IMG/VR virus record: IMGVR_UViG_3300028832_000096
Reading direction: 5' to 3' (one strand)
From: a virus
Taxonomy: Duplodnaviria > Caudoviricetes
DNA length: 64,000 nt
The notes below the pieces were generated by a model that did no database searches, was not told the origin of the DNA, and was given only the letters and a program-made list of their open reading frames with translations. Of the stretch, positions 38,784 through 49,200 are shown one piece after another; the first letter of the stretch is position 1, and each line of letters starts with the position of its first letter. The position numbers were made by a program, and so were the translations under genes.

Positions 38784-39170
38784 TTATCTTTTGTGAGGCC
38801 TGTTATCCCACAAAATGTTTAATATTATTCTTACTCTAGACCGGCGGTATTCATCGCCTACATTGTTATAGATATAAACAAGGTTATATTTTTTAAGTGA
38901 TTCTTCGTAGGATTTAATGATAGCGGATTTAACCTCTATATCATCTATGTAAGTGATATAGTCCTTGACCCTGTCTAATCTGTGGTCTGGAAAATCTTTT
39001 GGGTCTGGTACTAATCCTCTTGCAGCATAATCAAGTGCTTGAGAATCAGTTATCCTGCATTCCAATGAAGTAGCAATCTCTCTAGCATTCTGGGCAATAG
39101 CTATTACAGCCTCATATGGCCCTAATGTTTTCTTTAATTCATTGTACGCAGGATTATTAGTTAAAGACAT
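38784..39170 (-). CDS. RNA polymerase omega-subunit-like protein (tentative)
   Basis: LKKTLGPYEAVIAIAQNAREI resembles RpoZ S(K/R)Y.LV.A.AKRAR.L. Confidence 0.45.
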   Translation of the reverse strand: MSLTNNPAYNELKKTLGPYEAVIAIAQNAREIATSLECRITDSQALDYAARGLVPDPKDFPDHRLDRVKDYITYIDDIEVKSAIIKSYEESLKKYNLVYIYNNVGDEYRRSRVRIILNILWDNRPHKR

Positions 39171-39171
39171 T

Positions 39172-39801
39172 TTAATACAAGAAATCTCTAAATATTAATT
39201 GACCATTGTTATGTTCAACAAACATCTTTTCTTGCTTATATCTTGCAGGCCTAACTGAATTAATAAGCCGCATGATATCATTCCAAGTTTTACCTGACCT
39301 CAATACATTGAACTGAATTGGATATCCACTAGTGCCGTCTTTGTCATAACACTTGTATTCAATGTTGTTTTGGTCAAGTACTTCACATAATTTTTGAGCA
39401 TCTTCTGAAGCGGTAGAAGGATACGTAAACTTAAGAATTACTTCCTTGCCGTCACTACCTTTAATACCAGATATTCTAGGTTGATAGATTTCGTAACTTA
39501 TGGAATTATCACCACGTATAGAACTTTCTTTTGGAATGAAGTAGCCACTAACTTGATAAGATTTACCTGACTCTAAATTATAGGGGTTATCAGGATTAGC
39601 TACAGTGCTATCATATATTTTACTAATCAGACACTTGTTGCCATCAGCATCTTTAAACTTTACAAATATATGATAATCACCTTTGTAATAATCGCCATCA
39701 AAAGAATATTCATAAACAAGAGATTTAGTTTCCCTATCTAACTCAATTATCTTGTTATCAAGTCCGTAGAATTTCTTAGATGATTTGATGTAGCGTTTCA
39801 T
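39172..39801 (-). CDS. leader-bearing putative internal virion protein
   Basis: MKRYIKSS leader. Confidence 0.6.
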   Translation of the reverse strand: MKRYIKSSKKFYGLDNKIIELDRETKSLVYEYSFDGDYYKGDYHIFVKFKDADGNKCLISKIYDSTVANPDNPYNLESGKSYQVSGYFIPKESSIRGDNSISYEIYQPRISGIKGSDGKEVILKFTYPSTASEDAQKLCEVLDQNNIEYKCYDKDGTSGYPIQFNVLRSGKTWNDIMRLINSVRPARYKQEKMFVEHNNGQLIFRDFLY

Positions 39802-39805
39802 ATAT

Positions 39806-40264
39806 TTAATCCTTTAGCTTACTTCTTTTAATACCATTCAAGTACTTATCACTAGTATGAGTGCTCTTAGCAGCTTCCATCGTTACACCTAAGATATTTA
39901 CTTTAAATGTATGTTCTTCATCAATGTCGTAAAAAGCTGAAAATTCTAATGGAATATAAGTATCATCTACTGAAAAAGAAGATGGAAAACAACTATCCCA
40001 TTCATATCCTTTACTTTCAAAGTACCTTATTAGTTCTTTGCAATAATCTTCTGGAGTATTATTCCAATCTCCAGTTTCTTCCATCATTCTTTCTCGCTCT
40101 TCTTCAGGTATCCAGCGAATGAACATATCTATATCTGAATCTTCATTTTGCATACCATACGCATAGCTACCGGTAACAATTACTTTATCCTTAATATCAT
40201 TAAGGATTCTTACTAGAGCTGCTTTAGAGCTTAATTTTGATGATGCATTTATATATAGTTTCAT
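39806..40264 (-). CDS. minimal nucleotidyltransferase (Pol-beta superfamily) with leader
   Basis: MKLYINASS; VTGSYAYGMQNEDSDIDMFI (GS..DxD). Confidence 0.8.
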   Translation of the reverse strand: MKLYINASSKLSSKAALVRILNDIKDKVIVTGSYAYGMQNEDSDIDMFIRWIPEEERERMMEETGDWNNTPEDYCKELIRYFESKGYEWDSCFPSSFSVDDTYIPLEFSAFYDIDEEHTFKVNILGVTMEAAKSTHTSDKYLNGIKRSKLKD

Positions 40265-40267
40265 ATA

Positions 40268-40468
40268 TCAATAAACAGAAATAATAATCCAACCAGCGTA
40301 ATTATAATCAGGCTCTATTTCCGCAACTTCTCTATAAAGCACACTATCATCACTATTATATAAATCTCGTGCTTCACCTTCAAAATACTGCTCGTTCGAT
40401 ATATTATCAAACACTGCAATACTTGTAGATAATGGAATATATTTAGTTATAAATTCCTTTAGTGACAT
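40268..40468 (-). CDS. hypothetical protein
   Basis: AGGAG RBS; similar to the N-half of 53263-53655. Confidence 0.55.
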   Translation of the reverse strand: MSLKEFITKYIPLSTSIAVFDNISNEQYFEGEARDLYNSDDSVLYREVAEIEPDYNYAGWIIISVY

Positions 40469-40515
40469 ATTAGTTCTCCTGACCTTTTACAAAGTAATTA
40501 AGATATTTATTCCAA

Positions 40516-40731
40516 TTATTTATGTCTCTGGAAATAACTCCACACTACTCCCCAAGCTACTTCGTCCAAAGTTTCGTCATAGAAGTTGCTCGCCATATCC
40601 CTTGTCACTTCAACCAATTCTGGTATAGCTGATTGCGGTATCGTCTTATTTAATCCAAAAGAAGCCATATGTTTAAGTGCACTAATTATCTCACTATCAC
40701 TGTATCTTGCAGCTCTAATGTATCGCTTCAT
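40516..40731 (-). CDS. leader-bearing small protein
   Basis: MKRYIRAA. Confidence 0.6.
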   Translation of the reverse strand: MKRYIRAARYSDSEIISALKHMASFGLNKTIPQSAIPELVEVTRDMASNFYDETLDEVAWGVVWSYFQRHK

Positions 40732-40732
40732 A

Positions 40733-42223
40733 TTATATCTCCTGTCTATTTACAAAATAATTAATCTGCTTGTTCCAGTATCTCAACCATTCATCTAATG
40801 TGCTCTGTACATCGGAAGGCTGATTACAATATGCGTAGTCGATACAATCTATGTACATCTGTACTAACGATTTGATTGTTTCTAAACTACCTTGGAAATC
40901 ATATTTTTGTACAGGAACATAATCGCAAGGGAAATCTAACTGCGGAACTGTTCCTTGCTTCTCTACAAGCAATTCACCTAATGTGTCGATTTCTTTAATG
41001 AGTTCTTCATACATTTCTTCTGCGAGAAGATGAAGTTTCATCATGTCGTTGCCGGATGACATCCAATGAATAATGTAGAGGTTTCTATATGCTCTAATAC
41101 CTGCTTTGAATACTTCACATAAGCTTGCATTAGGGTCTACTTGGCAATTATCGCATTGTTCAATATCATAACCATTTTCATCTACATCAATACCGAAGGA
41201 CTGAGGTTCCTCAGTTAAGATATTGATAAACTCCTCTTGGTTGATGATATCATCTATATCGTCTAATGTATCTGCAGGTAAGTAATTAGATTCTAATCCT
41301 AATAACTCTACAGAACCATTGATTGTTTTCAATTTAACTGAAATGTGCTTTGCACTGTTTTCCATTGATGTTTCGCCTCCATTATCTTCACTTTCAGCAG
41401 TCTGTGTTTCAGGCTGTGTTATATCAGATAAACTTGGAGCTTCTTCGCTATCTTCTGGTTTATTGCCAGGAATTAACTGGTCTAAAGAAGTTTCGTCGTT
41501 TAGTTTATCTTGGTACATTTTACCTAATTGCTGTTGGATATCAATCAATATAGGTTTAACCAAACTAAAACCAATAAACATTGCTTTATTTTCACGAGAA
41601 ATCTTTTCTTCACGAGTAGCTTGTTTATTGGTATCTTTGTTATTTACTACGTCAATGTATTTGAAAATCCACTTACCTGCATCTTCTAAACTAATGCCGT
41701 CAATTTTACCTTGGTCAAAGTTTTCAGCTTCACAATGTAATGAATAGGTAAATTTATTAAAGACAAAATCACCCCAGGTGTCAAACTTGCTATCTTCCCA
41801 AGAGTCTATCTTCTCTAAATCAATGCCAAGCATACCTTCACCACTGTGAACAGTAATGTCACCTACATAGTGTTGAACGCTTTGGTCATACTTGATTCTT
41901 CCTGAAGTTTCTGCATCTGTAAGCATATTAATTCCAGAACGAATCTTCTTATTGTTTAACGCATTAGTTGTAAGATTCTTTATGGCGTAAGTAATATCAT
42001 TGAATGCGCTATCTACATTAGTAACAGCAAGGTCTATAGTAATTGGAGTTGTATTCTCCATATCCTGGTTAGGCTTAATTACTACATGAGTAATTGCTGT
42101 TCCGGACTTTGTTTCCACATCACCGGATTCTGTAGTATAACCATCAACAATATTTCCAAGACCTTTAAATATCTTGTCGATAATGGATTTTAATTTGTTT
42201 AAATCAAATACAGTATCTGCCAT
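40733..42223 (-). CDS. large protein with C-terminal Dps/ferritin-like domain
   Basis: NLYIIHWMSSGNDMMKLHLLAEEMYEELIKEIDTLGE matches the Dps HW..G..F..LH..EE.Y..D..AE pattern. Confidence 0.72.
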   Translation of the reverse strand: MADTVFDLNKLKSIIDKIFKGLGNIVDGYTTESGDVETKSGTAITHVVIKPNQDMENTTPITIDLAVTNVDSAFNDITYAIKNLTTNALNNKKIRSGINMLTDAETSGRIKYDQSVQHYVGDITVHSGEGMLGIDLEKIDSWEDSKFDTWGDFVFNKFTYSLHCEAENFDQGKIDGISLEDAGKWIFKYIDVVNNKDTNKQATREEKISRENKAMFIGFSLVKPILIDIQQQLGKMYQDKLNDETSLDQLIPGNKPEDSEEAPSLSDITQPETQTAESEDNGGETSMENSAKHISVKLKTINGSVELLGLESNYLPADTLDDIDDIINQEEFINILTEEPQSFGIDVDENGYDIEQCDNCQVDPNASLCEVFKAGIRAYRNLYIIHWMSSGNDMMKLHLLAEEMYEELIKEIDTLGELLVEKQGTVPQLDFPCDYVPVQKYDFQGSLETIKSLVQMYIDCIDYAYCNQPSDVQSTLDEWLRYWNKQINYFVNRQEI

Positions 42224-42254
42224 AGTTATTTGTGATTCCTTTTAAAGTAAATGA

Positions 42255-42288
42255 CCCTACAGGCAATTTATCTCAATCACCTGTAGGG
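42255..42288 (-). terminator. stem-loop terminator/processing site
   Basis: CCCTACAGG/CCTGTAGGG. Confidence 0.5.
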
Positions 42289-42319
42289 CCGTGTTTACAT
42301 TGTAAGTAACTTCTAGAAA

Positions 42320-42757
42320 TTACTTGCGGATTCTGCGAGAAGCAGCAACCTTACGAGCCGGCCTTGCGAGCTTCTGAGAAGCAGCAATCTTGCGACCGCG
42401 AACTCTTGTTGATTCCTCAACAACTTCCTCATCGCCCTCAGGTGTAACGGTAATCTCGTCGTCACCAACTGTGAAAGTAACTTCTGTTGTCTCGTCGTCT
42501 ACTGTGTAGTCAACAGGCTCACCTGTAACTTCAGCAAGGACCTCAGCAACATCAGCTGCCTCGAAGAGAATCTCTTCCTCAAATGCCTCTTCCTCAATAG
42601 GTGCTTCATCAACCGGAGCTTCCTCAACATCGATATCATCAACCTGGATATCTTCGATGTCTTCATCGGAACGGATGAATCTACGAGATGCACGAACGGG
42701 GCGCTTAGCAGAAGGCTCAACCTTCTTGCTTGCACGTACTGTCTTTGTGTACTTCAT
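42320..42757 (-). CDS. acidic core/scaffold-like protein with multiple [IV]xAS motifs
   Basis: VRASK, VRASR, IAASQ, VAASR flank an E-rich core. Confidence 0.6.
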   Translation of the reverse strand: MKYTKTVRASKKVEPSAKRPVRASRRFIRSDEDIEDIQVDDIDVEEAPVDEAPIEEEAFEEEILFEAADVAEVLAEVTGEPVDYTVDDETTEVTFTVGDDEITVTPEGDEEVVEESTRVRGRKIAASQKLARPARKVAASRRIRK

Positions 42758-42773
42758 ATGAATTTCTCCTTAA

Positions 42774-43484
42774 TTAATTAAGTGCTACTAATTTGTTCTT
42801 TCTCGATTCAAGTTCTTGCCTTATTGCTTCTAACTCTGCATTAGCTTCTGTTAGTAAGGTTTCACCATCAAACGATACATTAGAACCTTCAACTCTGTAC
42901 TTACTGCGTGACCTGCCTAATGACTTTTTCATGTTAGCTTCAGACATTCTTACTAGATAGTCTACCCAAGTATCACTCTTGATTTCGCTAACATCTTGAT
43001 AATCAGGTACGTAAGTAATAGTTACTTGCGTAGGTATTGGTTCGCGATGAGATACATAAACAACTTCATTATCTACATCATGTTTCCACTGGAAATCTGT
43101 TGATAAAGTATTTCTGACCTGAGCCATTGCCATCTCGGTCATGATAGGGTCAACATTCAATGAAGAAGTTTGACCTATAGCTGAGTATGTGTTAACAGCT
43201 GCGGCGACTTGAAATACGTTTCCGCTATCTATGGAACTCATCACAAGACCAACACGAGGATATGCAGCTTGTACATTCAAGACCTTTTTGGTCTTTATTC
43301 CTAATTTGACGAGGTCAAGCCTCTTTTCAAAAGGAACTGTTATGTCTACTGGTGTCTTCATGTAGCGTTTTAACTCACGAAACGCAATGAGTACTGCTTG
43401 CTCGACTTGCATCTGTTCGGTATTGTCATTTGCTGGCGTACCTAACATGAAGCTTACTTGCTGTACAATCTCCTGCATTGTCAT
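42774..43484 (-). CDS. neck/head-completion protein (T4 gp13-like)
   Basis: C-terminal LGRSRSKY..G.NVSFDGETLLTEANAELEAIRQEL. Confidence 0.65.
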   Translation of the reverse strand: MTMQEIVQQVSFMLGTPANDNTEQMQVEQAVLIAFRELKRYMKTPVDITVPFEKRLDLVKLGIKTKKVLNVQAAYPRVGLVMSSIDSGNVFQVAAAVNTYSAIGQTSSLNVDPIMTEMAMAQVRNTLSTDFQWKHDVDNEVVYVSHREPIPTQVTITYVPDYQDVSEIKSDTWVDYLVRMSEANMKKSLGRSRSKYRVEGSNVSFDGETLLTEANAELEAIRQELESRKNKLVALN

Positions 43485-43511
43485 AAGTTAACGCTACCGC
43501 CTAATTCTAGA

Positions 43512-43859
43512 TTAAGCCTGAGAAGATTCGCCGGCAAACGTGAAGCCCTGGCTCGCAAGAGCGGGAGCAATCTCACCAACATACTGAACGTCTGCGTCAG
43601 TAGCTTCCCAAGCGTAGGAACCAGCACGCATTGCAGCTCTGAGAGCAGCGATAAGACCCGGATGAGCGACCTGAGCGTTGAAGAATGCCTCAAGGCTCAT
43701 AGCGTCACCAAATCCACCGACGTTTGTATCATAGTAAGTACCGTCAAATGCCTGAGCATCAGCAGCAGCATTTGTAGGAACAAACGTAGCACAAATCTGA
43801 GCAGCAGGTGCTACTGAAGCGTCAACGGGCGCGGTGTAAGTAATGGTAATAGTTGCCAT
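43512..43859 (-). CDS. Ala-rich virion protein (possible capsid decoration)
   Basis: Start re-set to MATITITY (AGGAGG RBS); motif-B promoter; codon usage like the capsid gene. Confidence 0.55.
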   Translation of the reverse strand: MATITITYTAPVDASVAPAAQICATFVPTNAAADAQAFDGTYYDTNVGGFGDAMSLEAFFNAQVAHPGLIAALRAAMRAGSYAWEATDADVQYVGEIAPALASQGFTFAGESSQA

Positions 43860-43961
43860 AACTTTTTGCCTCCTTGTTTTGATAAAAAATTTGATTACTT
43901 CTCGATGACCAGTCGAGAATTGCAAATTTCACTTCTTATCAGTATATAAGGTTAAAATAAA

Positions 43962-43989
43962 ATACGCTTATTATATTAAATAAGCGTAT
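43962..43989 (-). terminator. intrinsic terminator
   Basis: ATACGCTTATT/AATAAGCGTAT + T-tract. Confidence 0.55.
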
Positions 43990-44017
43990 CTAAATTAGTA
44001 TTCAGTTAACAATTTGA

Positions 44018-44881
44018 TTATTCCATCCAGGAAATATCTTCTACTTCCATGTCCTCGAGGAACTGTCTCCAAGCACAAGTTCTAGCGGAAGTTTCGTCAT
44101 TGTACTTTAAAGGTATTCCGCCTGAATTGTCAACATAGATTGTATACGGATATCTAGCAAATGTTATTTTTACTTTGCAATCAAAATAATCATCTTCATA
44201 TTTTGTGAATTCAACAGAATTAAACTTTGTAAGCTTCAATAACTTATCTTCATAGTTATCTGCAACAATCCGTCTGAGCTCTTCATCAGAAGCACCTTTA
44301 GGTGCATCAATCTTCATCCTAACGCCTACAAAATCACTTGCATCATAAGGCTTTATTTCAACAGTGTATTTTTGCGTTTTAGCTACGACAACGTCTATAA
44401 CAACTTCGTCAAATTCATAATCTCCTGCGATATAAATCATATCATCGGTTTGGTAAATTCCATTAAAAGAAATACCTGGAGTATTTTGAAGTGAAGATAA
44501 ATCAGAAATTGTGAAACCTTTAAACTTAGCCTTTTTCAATGCTTGAGATAAAACACTAAATGCTTTCTTGCCATATTGCTCACAACCGTAAACACAAAAC
44601 TGAAAAGCACCATGAAGCTTTGCGGTAACTGTTTCATCTTTGTTTTTCTCAGATGCCCAAGGACCCGCTTCTAAGTAAGCAGATATTCCGAAATCATCAG
44701 GACCGTCTAAACCGATAGATTGAACAACAGGTCTGAATTGTGAATCAAGATATTCAGCGACGTAATCACAACCTGTTTCGTCTAATTCATCTCTTTCATA
44801 CCAGTCTCTTTCATAAAGGTCGTTTAAATCAGATTCCTCTATGAATTTCTTATAGATTGGAGGTATTTTTGAATACTTCAT
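44018..44881 (-). CDS. hypothetical protein (MKYSK..P..Y leader variant)
   Basis: ORF with RBS in late cluster. Confidence 0.6.
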   Translation of the reverse strand: MKYSKIPPIYKKFIEESDLNDLYERDWYERDELDETGCDYVAEYLDSQFRPVVQSIGLDGPDDFGISAYLEAGPWASEKNKDETVTAKLHGAFQFCVYGCEQYGKKAFSVLSQALKKAKFKGFTISDLSSLQNTPGISFNGIYQTDDMIYIAGDYEFDEVVIDVVVAKTQKYTVEIKPYDASDFVGVRMKIDAPKGASDEELRRIVADNYEDKLLKLTKFNSVEFTKYEDDYFDCKVKITFARYPYTIYVDNSGGIPLKYNDETSARTCAWRQFLEDMEVEDISWME

Positions 44882-44886
44882 TAGTA

Positions 44887-45168
44887 TTACTCCTCAGGAA
44901 TAGCTTCTCCGCCGATGTTGCCGCTAATAGCTGAAATTTCTTGATTAATAGCATCGGAAAGTCTGTTGATGATTTCAAGTGCCTTTTGACAATCGCCATC
45001 TCTACAAAGCTTTTCGATACCTGCAAGTGCATAACCGAAATCGTCTTCAAGTGCGTCCTGCTGTTCCTCGACTACATCAAGCATATCAGGTTTCTTATTG
45101 TCTGCTGCTTGGATATCATCGGATGCCTTTACGTAATTAGAAGGATACTTTGTGAATGTCTTTTTCAT
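44887..45168 (-). CDS. leader-bearing small acidic protein
   Basis: MKKTFTKYPSNYVKAS. Confidence 0.65.
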   Translation of the reverse strand: MKKTFTKYPSNYVKASDDIQAADNKKPDMLDVVEEQQDALEDDFGYALAGIEKLCRDGDCQKALEIINRLSDAINQEISAISGNIGGEAIPEE

Positions 45169-45185
45169 CGTTATTTACACCTCGA

Positions 45186-46130
45186 TTACTTTAAGTATTT
45201 TTCAAATGAAGCTAAATATTCGTTGATGCTACTAGCGCAACCCTTTAAAGTTCTATAACCATTACCTTTTGTAAATTCAGCTAACTTAACAGGGTCAATA
45301 GAACCGTCTTCTTTTGTGCAAGCTTCAAGACCTTCGAGCATATCTTTATAATAGCTAATTGCCCAACGAAGATTTCCCATAGCCTTATCACCGCTGTAAG
45401 GAATTTTTCCTTTACGGACATCAATAGAATCAAACAATCTTGATTTGCAAGAATTGATTTTATCGTAATAATCATCAAGCGTTTTCTTAACTTCGTCAAG
45501 TCTGCCCTTAAGCCTATCAGGGAATCTTTTATATAATCTGGAATATAATGTCTCAGGATTAGGAATCGTATAACCTGACTTATCACGATTGCCAGGCTTA
45601 GACCATTCAGCGTCAGCGTGACGATTGCTTGTGCGTTCCCACTTATGCGTTTCGTTATTGTATGCTTCAGGAAAATCGGGAACCTGACCCATGTATTCAG
45701 GCTTAGAATCGCTCCAGCGCTTTTCATATCTAGGGTCAACATAACCTCTACCTTCACGAATATCCTTGCGCAAAGGAGCTGTCATATAAACTGTATCAAT
45801 GATGTGTTCCTGAATACGGGCTTTAGAAGCTGTAGCTAATGCTCTATACCTATCTCCTGCAGGAATGTGTCTTCCATAACCACCCATTACTTTGGGAACA
45901 TATACATACTGACCAGCAGGTGTCTTATAAGATTCACCCCAACGAGTTTCTTCCTTGTAAGTATCATCTAATAAATAAATCGGAACGCTATCAGGCTCCT
46001 CTACTTTTGAAAACTTAGCCTGCGACATTGCGTAACTCTGATTAAGGTAGCTGAGGGCTTCCTTACCGGCTTCGCTCTTTAACCAACTCGGCATTGACGA
46101 GTCATACGATGCTCTGATGTATCTCTTCAT
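45186..46130 (-). CDS. leader-bearing putative internal virion protein
   Basis: MKRYIRAS; motif-B promoter at 46201. Confidence 0.65.
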   Translation of the reverse strand: MKRYIRASYDSSMPSWLKSEAGKEALSYLNQSYAMSQAKFSKVEEPDSVPIYLLDDTYKEETRWGESYKTPAGQYVYVPKVMGGYGRHIPAGDRYRALATASKARIQEHIIDTVYMTAPLRKDIREGRGYVDPRYEKRWSDSKPEYMGQVPDFPEAYNNETHKWERTSNRHADAEWSKPGNRDKSGYTIPNPETLYSRLYKRFPDRLKGRLDEVKKTLDDYYDKINSCKSRLFDSIDVRKGKIPYSGDKAMGNLRWAISYYKDMLEGLEACTKEDGSIDPVKLAEFTKGNGYRTLKGCASSINEYLASFEKYLK

Positions 46131-46234
46131 AGACAATCTCCTTCGGGAATATAATTATGATAAACAATCTAATAATATATAGTTATCGACATTATCATTT
46201 AAGGTTATATTATCACACCAATTATAAAGAGTAT

Positions 46235-46244
46235 GAATCGTTAT
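46235..46244 (+). promoter_or_regulatory. promoter motif A on plus strand driving the inverted island
   Basis: GAATCGTTAT 23 nt before the ATG at 46267 (AGGAGG RBS). Confidence 0.75.
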
Positions 46245-46266
46245 TGTAAGTGGCAGGAGGTAAATT

Positions 46267-49200
46267 ATGAAATTCATTTTATCATTCATTTTAGTAGCTT
46301 TGAGTTGTATAGTGATGATGTTTATAAGTTACTGCATCGTTACTAATAATGTAATTAAAAGGCAACGAAAAGAGATATCTAGATTGCGTACTGAGAATAT
46401 GCGGTTAAAAACTGCACTTAAGAATAATGAAATTGTTCAGCGCATAGAAATTACAGACCATGGTGTTATCAAAGCACCTAGTTTTAGTAAATGGTGATTT
46501 ATATGGAAGATATAGATAGAAAGATTCAAAACAAGAAAAATGAAATTGCTACTTTAACTAAGATGTTAGATAATGCAAAGAAAGACCTTTGGACTTTGGA
46601 ACATATCAAGAAATCACAAGATAAGAAGTGGAGGTAACTAAAATGTATGAGATGTCACCCGATGAGGTAATCAAAGAATTGCGATATCTGCAGGACAAGA
46701 AAAACGCAGAATTTGATATGGTTACTGTAGATAGCAGATGCAGAGTAGCCCTTAATTATGCAATTAAGGCAGTTAATGCCCAGAAAAATTCAATGGTATT
46801 CTGCCCACATTGTGGAACTCGATTAGATTCGACACAGTAATGAGGTAAACTATGAAGAAAACAATTACAATGTATACATTTCATTGTACTCGCTGCAATA
46901 ATACGCTCACAGTATCTAAACCATTTCCGATGAGGCATTGTCCATTTTGCGGAGACTGCTTAGATGAAGATGATAGGAAGAAGATTTATGAATGCATAAG
47001 AACAGGATACAAAGGCTATGACAGTTAAAGAATATTGCGAACAATCTTTAAAAGAATGTGATGAGTACAAAGCTAAGTGGGAAAAGGTAAGCGGTTTTGA
47101 ACATGCTGCTACTGTATTTGAAGGAATGGCCGAAGCGTATTATGACCTTTTGCATAAGATTAAAACAGGAGAATTGACATGAGGATAATTGATAAACTTC
47201 AAGATTACTACGACTATCTTCAAGATTATGATGATAATCTTGTATTTGATAGACGAGGTTCTTATTTAGTAACAAAGCAGGATATCTGCGATGACATCGG
47301 AAGAGTTCCATATAATGAGGGCTTCACTTTTTATCTAATTAACTGCGGAGCTACTTATTGGCTGTTGTATGCTATTAAAACAAAAACCGATGGTAAGGGA
47401 GCGCTTGCTAAAGTTCTTGATTACAAATTAGGTGTTGTAGCAACTTGGAAGAATTACGATAATGAATTCGGTTTGCTTAAATTTGAGCAGATACGAATCA
47501 ATTCGATATGGGAATATAGCTGCACTACCTATGATTACAAAATTCATTGTAGATTCTTAGAAGAAGATAAACTAGCAGCAAAATCAGATGACTTGAAAAA
47601 TGCTATTATTCACAAAGATTATGTTTCTATGCATCGCTATGACATACAGACTAAATGGATTCGTGGTAATAAAGGTAATATAAAGGAAACAGAAATCACT
47701 TATCCTATTCTGAAAGCATGCGGTATCTCAAATCTTATTGAACCGGATGTAATGTATCATGCAATTGACGAATATTTTTCGCTTATGAAACAAGCATCAG
47801 AAACTACTGTTGCTGAAGGTACTACTAACGAAGATAAAATTGTAAATCACGGCTTTGATAAAAAGACATCATTTAGGGGTAATAATAAAAAATAATGAAA
47901 GTATTGATTTTATTCATATATCTTGTGATATCTATATCAATCGGCATTATTGATGTTGTTTTAGTAAAATCTCAGTATAACTATCTATCAACAGTTCCTA
48001 ATGGAGATATTGGTTATTATGTTGTGCCGAAGAAGATTATCGGTATTCATAATGTAATATTATTTCCGAGTTTATTTGTCATAGGGATATTTAGAATACT
48101 AGGTAAATTAGTGGAGGCCTAAATGACACCTGAAGAAGCTAAAAAGATTTTAATAGAAAGTAGACCTGATAGACCTCAATCTACAAACCGCAGGAAATAT
48201 CAAAGAGCAGTAGATACTATACTAGAGGCCCTAAAAGATAGAGAAGAAGGGCGATGGGTTGTAGACGAAGTGTCCGGCAATCTTGTATGTTCTTTATGTC
48301 ATACTAGTTTAGTAGATGACCCAAAATCAAATAAGTTTTGCAGGTGGTGTGGTGCGTATATGGGGGTTATAGAAAATGACGAATGATGCATTTGTTGCCT
48401 TCGCTGTTGGTATAGCGGTAGGTTTTGTGCTTGGGATAATTGCTTATGCGTTTACTACTGCGTTTAGAAACAATAGAGATTCAAATGAATATAAAATTTA
48501 TCAAGTACCTCAACCATCTAAATTGCAGAATATTGATGCTGTATTAGAATATTATGTTAAACTTAGATGCCAAGAACCTTATGGTAGTGAAAGCTATAAT
48601 AAATTAACTGAAGATATAAATAGATTGCGTTATGAAAGAGATGTAGAAATTGCAAAATTGACGAGGTTATAATATGAATAGACCACTTGAATATTATGTA
48701 TTTACAAGACCAAATGCAATGGTCGGACATAAATTTACCGACGATTTTGCTTTATGTAAGGCAAGAAGTCGTGGTGATGCTAAACGAATATTCAGTAAGT
48801 ACTATGCTGATGTTGAAGATAGTGAAATTCGTAAAATTTCGGGACTTTTAAGCGGGAAGCAAGGAAACAACTTCACTGTATTGTCAGACTACTGAGTTGC
48901 ATTGGTAATCGTTATTATAGTCATCGCAGTAATTGACGCATTGATGAGGTAATTAAATGTCTGCTAGAGATATTGTAAGCGTAATATTTAGCATAGCGGT
49001 TATTTTATTCATTGTTGTGTTTTGTATAGTAGATATATTTCAAGCCAGACGATTAAAAGATAAAGCGAGGCGAGATAAGGAGAAAAGAAATGGACGCTGA
49101 AAACATACTCGGCGTTATAATGATAGTTGTTATATTATTACTGTTTATTTGCAGCATAGTATCAATTTGGAGAAGATATAAATGATTCCACCATTATCAG

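Noticed and set aside
1736-45839. Numerous short plus-strand ORFs in the ORF track
   Set aside because: Antisense shadows of well-supported minus-strand genes.
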